A program made the position numbers and the translations under genes. This document shows, piece by piece, positions 8,167 to 16,686 of a stretch of 26,895 nt of DNA (positions are counted from its first letter, which is position 1; each line of letters starts with the position of its first letter). The stretch spans positions 1 through 26,895 of the forward strand of contig JAUSPL010000107.1 of assembly GCA_030656535.1 (NCBI GenBank). The letters are read 5' to 3'. The DNA comes from Gemmobacter sp. (GTDB taxonomy: Bacteria > Pseudomonadota > Alphaproteobacteria > Rhodobacterales > Rhodobacteraceae). The notes beneath the pieces are model-generated. The model had not been told where the DNA came from and made no database searches. It worked only from the letters and a program-made list of their open reading frames with translations.

Positions 8167-8830
8167 GGCGCACCTCCATGTAGGCGGCAAGGCGATTGAG
8201 GGAGTAGCAGATCACAAAGTACATCAACAAGATCGAGCCAAAGCACAGGGCAGCAGAGAACCCCTTTTGATTCAAGATCTTGGCAACGCTGGTCATTTCC
8301 AGAACCCCGATCTGCGACGCGATGGACGTGGATTTCACCAGACCGACCGAATAGGTCATCGAAGGCGGGATGATGACCGACCATGCTTGCGGCAAGATGA
8401 CCCGGCGCAGCGCGGTCAGGCCGCCCATATTCATGGTCTCGGCGGCGTCCCACTGATTGGGATGGACAGATTCAATGCCGGCGCGAATGTTCTCTGCCGA
8501 AAAGGCCGATGCCGAAAGGGCAATGGTCGTCGCCGCAACCGTGAACATGCTGACGTTGCCCCCGGCGAACTGAAAGGCGAAAAAGACGACCATCAGTTTC
8601 ACCAGAAACGGAATGCGGCGCCACACTTCGACCCAAAGCGTGGCAAGCCAGCGCAGCCCGGCCCACCGGTTGATGCGCCTGGTTCGCAAGATCGCCAGCA
8701 CGAAGCCTGCCAGAAACCCTACTCCACAGCCAACAAATGACAGGACCAACGTGTAGAGGAACGCCTTGGCCAGGAAGATCGAGTTGTAATAGTTGAAAAA
8801 TCGCGGAAGCTCTTCCAGTATCGACGGCAT
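8144..8830 (-). CDS. Polar amino acid ABC transporter permease (HisM/GlnP type)
   Basis: Hydrophobic TM segments, WVEVWRRIPFLV, EAA-loop region AENIRAGIESVHPNQWDAAETMNM, and LVKSTSIAS. TGATG overlap with the upstream permease. Confidence 0.93.
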   Translation of the reverse strand: MPSILEELPRFFNYYNSIFLAKAFLYTLVLSFVGCGVGFLAGFVLAILRTRRINRWAGLRWLATLWVEVWRRIPFLVKLMVVFFAFQFAGGNVSMFTVAATTIALSASAFSAENIRAGIESVHPNQWDAAETMNMGGLTALRRVILPQAWSVIIPPSMTYSVGLVKSTSIASQIGVLEMTSVAKILNQKGFSAALCFGSILLMYFVICYSLNRLAAYMEVRLALPRNR

Positions 8831-9504
8831 CAGAACACGCTTCCCTTGATCCGAAAGAAATAGCGCCCGACGGTATAAAGGATCGTGCTCGCGACGATTG
8901 TCAGCACGATGTAGTAGACCGCCGAAATCGAGAACACCTCCAGTGATCGGAAGGTGATGGAGTTGATGTTGTAGGCGCGACCCGTCAGTTCCTCGACACC
9001 AAAGATCGCGGCGATCGACGTGGACATCGTGATGATGATGAACTGGTTGGACAGCGGCGGGTACAGGACCTTCAGGATGTGCGGCACGACGACGTAGCGG
9101 ATCGACTGAACGCGGGTAAAGCCCAGCGTCTCGGCTGCCTCGATCTCTTCGCGACGGATCGACCTGAAACCGGCGCGCTGGATTTCGCTCATGTAGGCAC
9201 CAGCATTCAGCGCCAACCCGATCAACACGGCGTCATAGGAATCCAGCAAGATGCCGTAGTCGGGAAGCGCGAAATAGATGAAGAATATTTGCACAAGCAG
9301 CGGCGTGTTCAACACAAACACCACATAGCTGCGGACCGCGATACGCGCAGGTTTCGGGCCATACTCGGTGATGGATGCGCAGACAAGGCCGATCGCCCAA
9401 CCAATGATGAAGGCGACCACCGCAAGCTGCAGCGCGATCCAGGCACCCCCGGCTAGGTACCACAGGTATGGGGTGACCTGCCCAAATTGTAGCGTGTAGT
9501 TCAT
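8830..9504 (-). CDS. Polar amino acid ABC transporter permease (HisQ/GlnP type)
   Basis: Start MNYTLQFGQV, motif NTPLLVQIFFIYFALP, and EAA loop SEIQRAGFRSIRREEIEAAETLG. Confidence 0.93.
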   Translation of the reverse strand: MNYTLQFGQVTPYLWYLAGGAWIALQLAVVAFIIGWAIGLVCASITEYGPKPARIAVRSYVVFVLNTPLLVQIFFIYFALPDYGILLDSYDAVLIGLALNAGAYMSEIQRAGFRSIRREEIEAAETLGFTRVQSIRYVVVPHILKVLYPPLSNQFIIITMSTSIAAIFGVEELTGRAYNINSITFRSLEVFSISAVYYIVLTIVASTILYTVGRYFFRIKGSVF

Positions 9505-9532
9505 TGGGCAAGCCTTTTTCCAGCTATGGTGT

Positions 9533-10357
9533 TCAGAAGTAAGGAGAGACCGGAACCTTGCTGGCCATCGGCGACAGGAACCATTTTTCCCAAGCAGCCT
9601 CGATGGCGCCCGACGTGTGAAGTTCATAGATCGCCAGGTTCAGCCAGTCTTTCAGGGTGTCATTCCCCTTGGCGACACCGAGCGAGGAATAGGTGATACC
9701 CCACTCCGGAACCGGAATGATCTTCCACTTGGTGTTGGCAAATGCCGCCAGGCGGAAGGGCATGGAATCAATCCCGTCGAACGACGCGTCACCACGCCCT
9801 TGGGTCAAGGCCCGATCGCGGTCGGCATAGTTGTCAAGAAGGATAAGTTTGGCCTTGGGCAGCTTTTGCTCGATAAAGGGGATCGCTGTGGTGCCGCGCA
9901 CCTGGATAAGCGTGATGTTCTCGTTGTTCAAATCTTCAAGACTTGTGATCGGCGAATCCGGCTTGGCCACGATGCCGTAGTTTTCCGAGTGCAGCGGAAC
10001 GGTAAAGTCGATAACCTTGGCACGGTCGACCTTGCGGCTCATTGCGCCCATGACTGCGTCAACCTTGCCTGCGGCCACAAATGGAATACGATCAGGCGAA
10101 CCCACCTGGACCAGCACCAACTTGACCCCCATCATCTCTGCAATCAGGCCTGCGATTTCCGGTTCAAAGCCGTCGATCTCATTCTTGTCGTTGAAAAGCG
10201 CGCGTGGCGGCAGGGTCGGGTTCACGCCGACGCGAAACTCCCCCGATGCCAGGATTTCGTCCAGCGTTCGCGCATCGACGGCGGCAGGTGCCACAAAGGC
10301 AGCAGAGGCAATCAGCGCAGCGGCGCCAAATACCCGACGGAAAACTCCAGATAACAT
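9533..10357 (-). CDS. Polar amino acid ABC transporter substrate-binding protein (family 3)
   Basis: Signal peptide MLSGVFRRVFGAAALIASAAFVAPAAVDA, then RTLDEILASGEFRVGV, IDGFEPEIA, RIPFVAAGKVD, RGTTA and LGVAKGNDTLKDWLN. RBS AAGGAG 6 nt before the ATG at 10357. Confidence 0.93.
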   Translation of the reverse strand: MLSGVFRRVFGAAALIASAAFVAPAAVDARTLDEILASGEFRVGVNPTLPPRALFNDKNEIDGFEPEIAGLIAEMMGVKLVLVQVGSPDRIPFVAAGKVDAVMGAMSRKVDRAKVIDFTVPLHSENYGIVAKPDSPITSLEDLNNENITLIQVRGTTAIPFIEQKLPKAKLILLDNYADRDRALTQGRGDASFDGIDSMPFRLAAFANTKWKIIPVPEWGITYSSLGVAKGNDTLKDWLNLAIYELHTSGAIEAAWEKWFLSPMASKVPVSPYF

Positions 10358-10415
10358 TGCATTCTCCTTGTTGGTGCAGGAACCATCCTGCTTTAGGTCC
10401 GCTTGGCAGATCGTC

Positions 10416-10422
10416 TGTATAC
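10416..10422. promoter_or_regulatory. TGTATAC, GntR/FadR-type operator-like half site overlapping a possible -10 (TATACA) of the ABC operon
   Basis: Resembles the TTGTATACAA-type GntR boxes. A second similar element, TTGTATGCA, is at 10594-10602. The motif is short, so a chance match is possible. Confidence 0.3.
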
Positions 10423-10482
10423 TGTTCGTACGCAATTCGTGCACGATGAGTGGCTCTGTGTCAACGACCTTGCAGGCAATCT

Positions 10483-10497
10483 TGGCCCACAATTTGC
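10483..10497 (+). promoter_or_regulatory. Possible sigma54 -24/-12 element
   Basis: TGGCCC-ACAAT-TTGC has exact GG-N10-GC spacing and points toward the flavin oxidoreductase about 200 bp downstream. There are mismatches to consensus, and no enhancer-binding protein gene lies in the window. Confidence 0.3.
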
Positions 10498-10704
10498 CTT
10501 GCGAAGCACAGCTGAAGGCAACTTCTGGGCACCAACAAGGCACTCTGCCCGCAGAAGCGCTTATGCGGGCAGCAATTCAAAGTGTTGCTTGTTTTGTATG
10601 CAGAGAATATGCAGAAATGTGACTGCAGCTTGCAAACAAAGGAAAGAGTCCGTGCCGGGAAGAACGTCCATATCGCTTTCATTGGCCTCTCAGAGCAGTT
10701 GGAC

Positions 10705-12057
10705 ATGAAGCATCCCGACTGCATCGTCATAGGTGGCGGAATGGCAGGCCTGTCGGCGGCGCATGCGCTGCGGTCGCGTCACGTTCTGGTACTGGAAGAG
10801 TCGCACCGCCCCGGTGGTCGGGTTCATTCCCTTATGGCCGGGGACTATTGGTTGAACTTTGGCGCCCATATGTTCGGCGGACCCGAGACGCTGCTGGGCG
10901 CCCTGACGACAGAGTTCAATTTGCCATCCGAACCAATCCGGGGGCGGCTGATGGGCATGATTTATGGTGGCAAGCGCCTGTTGCGGCATCCACCCGAAAG
11001 CTATCCCTTCTTGCTTCCGTTTTCTTTGCGTGAACGGTTTGCGATGCTGCGTATGGGCCTGGCGCTTCGGCTTGGGTCCTCAAGCTATGTGACCCACATG
11101 AAGGGCTGCGACGACGCCACCCAACTTCCGCAACATGCCCTGTCCTTTCGCAATACCCGCACCCTCAGTCAGGCGATCGGTCAGATGCCGCCCCGCGTGG
11201 CCGAATTCCTGACCGCGATCACCGAGCGCAACGGTGGAGATCCCGATGATATGGCGGAAGGCCACGCCCTGCGGTCCTTTACCAATGTCTGGAGCACACA
11301 CGCCCCCGGCCGCAATATAATCGGCGGATCTGCCCTGCTGCCTCAGGCCATGGCAAACGCGCTTGGTGACGGAATCCGCTATGGTCACAGTGTGGATCGG
11401 GTGACGCGGGATGCCCAAGGCGTGACCGTGCAGTATCGGCATGGCACAACACACGCCAGCGTCCGCGCCAGAACCGCCATCATCGCCGTTCCCGCCCCGG
11501 TCGCCGCGCGCATCATGCACGACCTGCCGCCCGCCACCCTGAACGCCCTGCGCAACGTCACCTATGGTCCCTTCCTGTCGGCGTCAGTTCTGACCCGTGA
11601 AACAACGGCCATGCCTTGGGATGGCCATTACGCAATCGCCACCCCGGGTCGCAGCTTCAGCGTGCTGTTCAACATGGCGACAACCCTTCGCAGCGGCGTT
11701 CGCCGCCCGGGCGGAAGCCTGATGCTGTTTCGCGGCGCGCGTGGCGCTGCGGCACTGATGGAAATGACCGACGCCGCAATCGAACAGCAATTCCGACGGG
11801 ATCTGCTGGACCTGTTCCCCGAAGCAAAAGACATCCTTGGCGACATCGTCGTGCAGCGCTGGCCGTTGGGCGCGCCGTTCTCTCGACCGGGCCGCGCCGC
11901 ACTGCAACCGGGACTGACAGCGCCGCTGGAGCCTGCTTTTCTGGCGGGCGATTATATGGAATTCCCGAATATGGAAGCCGCCGTCGCCAGCGGCCAGGCC
12001 GCTGCGCGCAAGGCTCTCGCGTTGCTGACCGCGCCCGGGCACAAGACGCCAGCCTAG
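10705..12057 (+). CDS. FAD-dependent oxidoreductase, flavin amine oxidase / protoporphyrinogen oxidase superfamily
   Basis: Start MKHPDCIVIGGGMAGLSAA (GxGxxG), then LEESHRPGGRV, GAHMF, ARTAIIAVPAPVA, and C-terminal FLAGDY...MEAAVASGQAAA. The specific substrate cannot be assigned. Confidence 0.88.
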   Translation: MKHPDCIVIGGGMAGLSAAHALRSRHVLVLEESHRPGGRVHSLMAGDYWLNFGAHMFGGPETLLGALTTEFNLPSEPIRGRLMGMIYGGKRLLRHPPESYPFLLPFSLRERFAMLRMGLALRLGSSSYVTHMKGCDDATQLPQHALSFRNTRTLSQAIGQMPPRVAEFLTAITERNGGDPDDMAEGHALRSFTNVWSTHAPGRNIIGGSALLPQAMANALGDGIRYGHSVDRVTRDAQGVTVQYRHGTTHASVRARTAIIAVPAPVAARIMHDLPPATLNALRNVTYGPFLSASVLTRETTAMPWDGHYAIATPGRSFSVLFNMATTLRSGVRRPGGSLMLFRGARGAAALMEMTDAAIEQQFRRDLLDLFPEAKDILGDIVVQRWPLGAPFSRPGRAALQPGLTAPLEPAFLAGDYMEFPNMEAAVASGQAAARKALALLTAPGHKTPA

Positions 12058-12120
12058 GCCCCCCGACGCGTCTGGGGGAAAGGCTCGAACCTCGCAGCCC
12101 GAACCACAGCGCCTGCGGGG

Positions 12121-12148
12121 CGCAAGCGACCTGAATTTGTCGCTTGCG
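12121..12148 (+). terminator. Stem-loop between the oxidoreductase and soxB (possible terminator)
   Basis: CGCAAGCGAC-CTGAATTT-GTCGCTTGCG, a perfect 10-bp stem, followed shortly by GGTTTTG. Confidence 0.45.
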
Positions 12149-12227
12149 GGCTGGGTTTTGTCCGCCGTACGTTGAACATGGGCTGCGATCCCGGTTAGAT
12201 GCCCGGATAACGGGAAGGAACGTTCGG

Positions 12228-13478
12228 ATGCGCTATTCGGGACTGAAGGTCATCACCGAAGGGTTGTTCGGCAACAAGGGCTGGAAACCTGCGTGGCGCG
12301 ACCCGGCGCCCAAACCTGAATATGATGCGATCATCGTAGGCGGCGGCGGCCATGGCCTCGCAACGGCCTACTATCTGGCAAAAGACCACGGGCTGACCAA
12401 TATCGCGGTGCTGGAAAAGGGCTATCTTGGGTCGGGCAACATCGGGCGCAACACGACCATCGTGCGGGCCAACTATTTTCTGCAGGGCAACTCTGAATTC
12501 TATTCGCACAGCCTCAAGCTTTGGGAAGGACTGGAAGCCGAGCTGAACTACAACGTCATGCACAGCCAGCGCGGGTTGATCAACCTGTTCCATTCCGACG
12601 GCCAGCGCGATGCCTTTGTGCGGCGTGGCAACGCCATGATAAATCAGAGTGACGACGCGGTGCTGCTGGACCGCGAGGGCGTTCGCAAACTCTTGCCCTA
12701 CCTCGATTTCGACAACACCCGTTTTCCTATTTACGGTGGCCTGCTGCACCCTAGGGGCGGGACCGCGCGGCATGACGCTGTGGCCTGGGGCTATGCACGC
12801 GGCGCGGATACACGCGGGGTCGATTTGATCCAGAACTGCGAAGTGACGGGTATCGACATCGAAAATGGCCAGGTGACCGGCGTGCAGACCTCTCGCGGGG
12901 CGATCCGGGCGAAAAAGGTGGGCATGATCGTGGCGGGCCGGTCGGGTCAGGTGGCAGCGATGGCGGGGATGCGGCTTCCGGTCGAATCCCACGTCCTGCA
13001 AGCCTTTGTGACCGAGGGTCTGAAGCCCGTGATCGACCACGTCATCAGCTTTGGGATGGGACATTTCTATATCAGCCAGTCCGACAAGGGCGGGCTGGTG
13101 TTCGGCGGTGACCTTGATTTCTATGCCTCTTATGCCTCGCGCGGGAACCTGCCGATGGTCGAACACGTGATGGAGGCGGGCATGACCCTGATGCCGATGA
13201 TCGGCCGCGCAAAGGTGCTGCGGTCCTGGGGTGGCATCATGGACATGACGCCCGACGGGTCGCCCATCATCGACAAGACCCATATCAATGGCCTCTATAT
13301 CGACTGCGGCTGGAACTACGGCGGGTTCAAGGCCGTGCCTGCCTCAGGGTGGTGCATGGCACACCTGATGGCCACCGACAAAAGTCACCAGTTCGCCCGC
13401 CGCTTTCGCCTGGATCGCTTTGCCACAGGGCATGTGATGGACGAAGAAGGCACCGGCAGCCAGCACAACCTGCACTGA
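12228..13478 (+). CDS. soxB: Heterotetrameric sarcosine oxidase family, beta subunit
   Basis: MRYSG...AWRDPAPKPEYDAIIVGGGGHGLATAYYLAK, GRNTTIVRANY, GTARHDAVAW (covalent-FMN His region) and WGGIMDMTPDGSPII. Confidence 0.96.
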   Translation: MRYSGLKVITEGLFGNKGWKPAWRDPAPKPEYDAIIVGGGGHGLATAYYLAKDHGLTNIAVLEKGYLGSGNIGRNTTIVRANYFLQGNSEFYSHSLKLWEGLEAELNYNVMHSQRGLINLFHSDGQRDAFVRRGNAMINQSDDAVLLDREGVRKLLPYLDFDNTRFPIYGGLLHPRGGTARHDAVAWGYARGADTRGVDLIQNCEVTGIDIENGQVTGVQTSRGAIRAKKVGMIVAGRSGQVAAMAGMRLPVESHVLQAFVTEGLKPVIDHVISFGMGHFYISQSDKGGLVFGGDLDFYASYASRGNLPMVEHVMEAGMTLMPMIGRAKVLRSWGGIMDMTPDGSPIIDKTHINGLYIDCGWNYGGFKAVPASGWCMAHLMATDKSHQFARRFRLDRFATGHVMDEEGTGSQHNLH

Positions 13479-13489
13479 GGGCTACACCC

Positions 13490-13759
13490 ATGCGCATCCC
13501 CTGCCCCCACTGCGGCCAACGTGACCGGCGCGAGTTCTATTACTCGGGTGCCGATGACTTGCTGCACCGCCCGGCCACCGATGACCCGGCGGCATGGGAC
13601 AACTATCTGCATCTGCGTGACAACCCCGCCGGGGACACACGCGACCTGTGGTATCACGAACCCTGCGGAACATGGATTGTGGTCAGCCGCAACACTGTCA
13701 CCCATGCCGTGGACGGCGCACAGGCGGTGACAGATGTGGCGCAGGGGGTGCGGACATGA
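13490..13759 (+). CDS. soxD: Sarcosine oxidase family, delta subunit
   Basis: MRIPCPHCGQRDRREFYY, YLHLRDNPAG and WYHEPCGTW (Zn ligands CxxC...HxxC), and RNTVTH. Confidence 0.95.
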   Translation: MRIPCPHCGQRDRREFYYSGADDLLHRPATDDPAAWDNYLHLRDNPAGDTRDLWYHEPCGTWIVVSRNTVTHAVDGAQAVTDVAQGVRT

Positions 13760-16686
13760 GGATCGATGGCAAGGGTCTGATCGACCGCAGCTCAACCTTG
13801 CGGTTCACCTTTGACGGGGTGGAATATCGCGGACATCCCGGCGACACGCTGGCCTCGGCCTTGATGGCCAATGATGTGCGCATGGTCGCACGCAGCTTCA
13901 AGTATCACAGGCCGCGCGGGGTTCTGACCGCAGGGTCCGAAGAACCCAACGCCCTTGTCGAAATCATGGATGGCGCGCAACAGACGCCAAACGTCCGTGC
14001 AACGGTGCAGGAATTGTACGACGGTCTGGCCGCGCAAAGCCAGAACCGCTGGCCCGCGCTGGGGCTGGATGTTCTGGCGGTCAATGACCTGATGGCGCCA
14101 TTCCTGTCTGCCGGGTTCTACTACAAGACGTTCATGTGGCCGCGCGCCTTGTGGGAACGTGTCTATGAGCCGCTGATCCGCCGCGCGGCGGGGCTGGGCA
14201 GCCTGTCGGGCAAACATGACGAGGCCCGTTATGAAAAGGCCTATGCGTTTTGCGATCTGCTGGTGATTGGCGCGGGTCCTGCGGGTCTGATGGCGGCCTT
14301 GGTCGCGGCGCGGGCGGGTGCGGATGTGATTCTGGCGGATGAGGATACCCGCATGGGCGGGCGCCTGCTGGCCGATCAACCCGAGGTGGACGGCCAGCCC
14401 GGGCACCTGTGGGCAGCGGGGATTGTCGCGGAACTGACGGCGTTGCCCAACGTGCGGCTGATGCCGCGCACCAGCGTCACGGGCGCCTATGACCACGGCG
14501 TTTACGGTGCGCTGGAACGTGTGGGCTTGCACAAATCCAACCTTGGAGACCTGCCGCGCGAATGTTTCTGGCGCATTACCGCCCGTCGCGCGATCTTGGC
14601 CGCTGGCGCGCTGGAACGGCCCATCGCCTTTCCGATGAACGACCGTCCCGGTATCTTGATGGCGGGCGCTGTGCGCGCCTATGTCAACCGCTACGGCGTC
14701 ACCCCCGGCCAGCGCGTCGCCGTGTTCGGCAACAACGACAGCGCGCATGCCACCGCCCGCACCCTGGCCGAGGCCGGGGTCGATGTGGCCGCGATCATCG
14801 ACTCGCGTGACGATGCCGCACCAGCGGGGGATTTCCAGACCTATCGCGGCGCGGTCGTCACCGGCACCAAGGGACGCCGCGGGTTGCGGCAGATCACCAT
14901 CCGGCACGGCAATCGCGATCAGACCCTGTCGGTCGATACACTTGCAGTCTCCGGCGGCTGGAACCCGGCGGTGCATCTGACCTGCCACATGAACGGGCGT
15001 CCCGTTTGGAACCCCGACATCGCGGCCTTTGTGCCGGCACCCGGTGCGGTGCCGGGCCTGTCGGTGGCTGGCGCTGCGGCGGGTGTATTTTCAACGGCTG
15101 GCTGTCTGGAACATGGCGTGCAGGCCGCGATTGCCGCGCTGTCCGACCTTGGCCTGACGGGCGCGGCCCCAACCGTGCCGCGCGCCGAGGACGGGCACTA
15201 CGCCATAACCCCCCTTTGGTCGGTCGAGGGCAAGGGCAGAGCCTGGCTCGATTTTGCAAATGATGTGACCGTAAAGGACGTCAAACTGGCCGCGCAAGAA
15301 AACTTTGCCAGCGTCGAGCACATGAAACGCTATACCACGCAAGGCATGGCCCCGGATCAGGGCAAGACCTCGTCGGTCGGGGCGCTGGCCGTGCTGGCTG
15401 ACGCCACCGGACGCGGCATTCCGCAGACCGGCACCACGACCTTCCGCCCACCCTATACACCCGTCTCGATTGCGGCGATGGGTGCTGGTGGCAGGGCCGA
15501 GGGCTTTGCGCCACAACGCTTTACCACCTCGCATGCCGCCAGCGTTGACCGCCGCGCGCCGATGATCGAGGCGGGCTATTGGTATCGGCCCAGCTATTTC
15601 CCCAAGCCCGAAGAGCCGACGTGGCGCGAATCCTGCGACCGAGAGGTGGCAATGGTCCGCCAGACGGTCGGCATCTGCGACGTGTCGACCCTGGGCAAGA
15701 TCGACATTCAGGGTGCCGATGCCGCCAGGTTCCTGGATCTGGTCTACAGCAACACCTTTTCGACGCTGGCGGTGGGCCGCGTTCGCTATGGGTTGATGCT
15801 GCGCGAAGACGGGTTCGTGATGGACGACGGCACATCGGCCCGGCTGGGTGAAACCCATTTCGTGATGACCACGACCACGGCAGCAGCAGGTCCGGTCATG
15901 CGGCATCTGGATTTCGTACAGCAGGCCTTCTGCCCGACATGGGACGTGCGCACGATCTCCGTCACCGAAAGCTGGGCACAGTTCGCCGTCGCAGGGCCAC
16001 GGGCGCGCGACCTGCTGAATTCGGTGTTGGACAGCCCGCTGCAGCCAGAGGCCTTTCCCTTCATGGGGTGTGGCCCGGTGTCGGTGGCGGGCACGCAGGC
16101 GCGGCTGTTCCGCATCTCGTTCTCGGGCGAGCAAGGGTATGAAATCGCGGTTCCGGCGCGGTATGGCGATTCATTGTTCCGGGATCTGGTCGCACGGGCC
16201 GAAACGATGGGCGGTGGTCCCTACGGGATGGAGGCGCTGAACGTGCTGCGGATCGAAAAGGGCCTGATAACCCATTCCGAGATCCATGGCCGGACCACTG
16301 CCTTTGATATCGGCATGCAAAAGATGGTGTCCGTGAAAAAAGACTGTATCGGCAAGGTCGCCAGCCAGCGCCCCGGCCTCACCGGCGAAGACCGCGAGCA
16401 GCTGGTCGGCCTGCGCCCGGTCGATGCGTCCAAGGTGCTTACGGCGGGGGCGCACCTGTTCACGCCCGGCGCGGACGTCAAACGCGAAACCGATCAGGGC
16501 TACGTCACCTCGGTCGGGTACTCGCCGACGCTGGGGACGTGGCTGGGACTCGGGTTCCTGAAAAACGGCCGCGCACGGGTGGGCGAGATGGTGCGTCTGG
16601 TCGATCATCTGCGAAAGATCGACATTCTGTGCGACGTCTGCGACCCGGTGTTCGTTGACCCAAAAGGGGAGAAGCTGCGTGCCTAA
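13756..16686 (+). CDS. soxA: Sarcosine oxidase family, alpha subunit
   Basis: ATGA overlap with soxD. GDTLASALMAN, RSFKYHRPRG, FYYKTFMWP, VIGAGPAGL, KRYTTQGMAPDQGKTS, and the GcvT-like folate domain DVSTLGKID...ISFSGEQGYE...LRIEKG. Confidence 0.96.
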   Translation: MRIDGKGLIDRSSTLRFTFDGVEYRGHPGDTLASALMANDVRMVARSFKYHRPRGVLTAGSEEPNALVEIMDGAQQTPNVRATVQELYDGLAAQSQNRWPALGLDVLAVNDLMAPFLSAGFYYKTFMWPRALWERVYEPLIRRAAGLGSLSGKHDEARYEKAYAFCDLLVIGAGPAGLMAALVAARAGADVILADEDTRMGGRLLADQPEVDGQPGHLWAAGIVAELTALPNVRLMPRTSVTGAYDHGVYGALERVGLHKSNLGDLPRECFWRITARRAILAAGALERPIAFPMNDRPGILMAGAVRAYVNRYGVTPGQRVAVFGNNDSAHATARTLAEAGVDVAAIIDSRDDAAPAGDFQTYRGAVVTGTKGRRGLRQITIRHGNRDQTLSVDTLAVSGGWNPAVHLTCHMNGRPVWNPDIAAFVPAPGAVPGLSVAGAAAGVFSTAGCLEHGVQAAIAALSDLGLTGAAPTVPRAEDGHYAITPLWSVEGKGRAWLDFANDVTVKDVKLAAQENFASVEHMKRYTTQGMAPDQGKTSSVGALAVLADATGRGIPQTGTTTFRPPYTPVSIAAMGAGGRAEGFAPQRFTTSHAASVDRRAPMIEAGYWYRPSYFPKPEEPTWRESCDREVAMVRQTVGICDVSTLGKIDIQGADAARFLDLVYSNTFSTLAVGRVRYGLMLREDGFVMDDGTSARLGETHFVMTTTTAAAGPVMRHLDFVQQAFCPTWDVRTISVTESWAQFAVAGPRARDLLNSVLDSPLQPEAFPFMGCGPVSVAGTQARLFRISFSGEQGYEIAVPARYGDSLFRDLVARAETMGGGPYGMEALNVLRIEKGLITHSEIHGRTTAFDIGMQKMVSVKKDCIGKVASQRPGLTGEDREQLVGLRPVDASKVLTAGAHLFTPGADVKRETDQGYVTSVGYSPTLGTWLGLGFLKNGRARVGEMVRLVDHLRKIDILCDVCDPVFVDPKGEKLRA

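Noticed and set aside
10705-12057. Assignment as protoporphyrinogen oxidase (hemY) because hemE is in the window
   Set aside because: hemE is about 14 kb away. The motifs seen are shared by the whole amine oxidase superfamily, and the gene context is catabolic.
4418-12072. CGACGCGTC at 4418-4426 and 12064-12072 as a possible target-site duplication flanking the catabolic cluster
   Set aside because: The same 9-mer also occurs inside the SBP gene (9782-9790). A GC-rich palindromic 9-mer is expected by chance, and there is no integrase or transposase.
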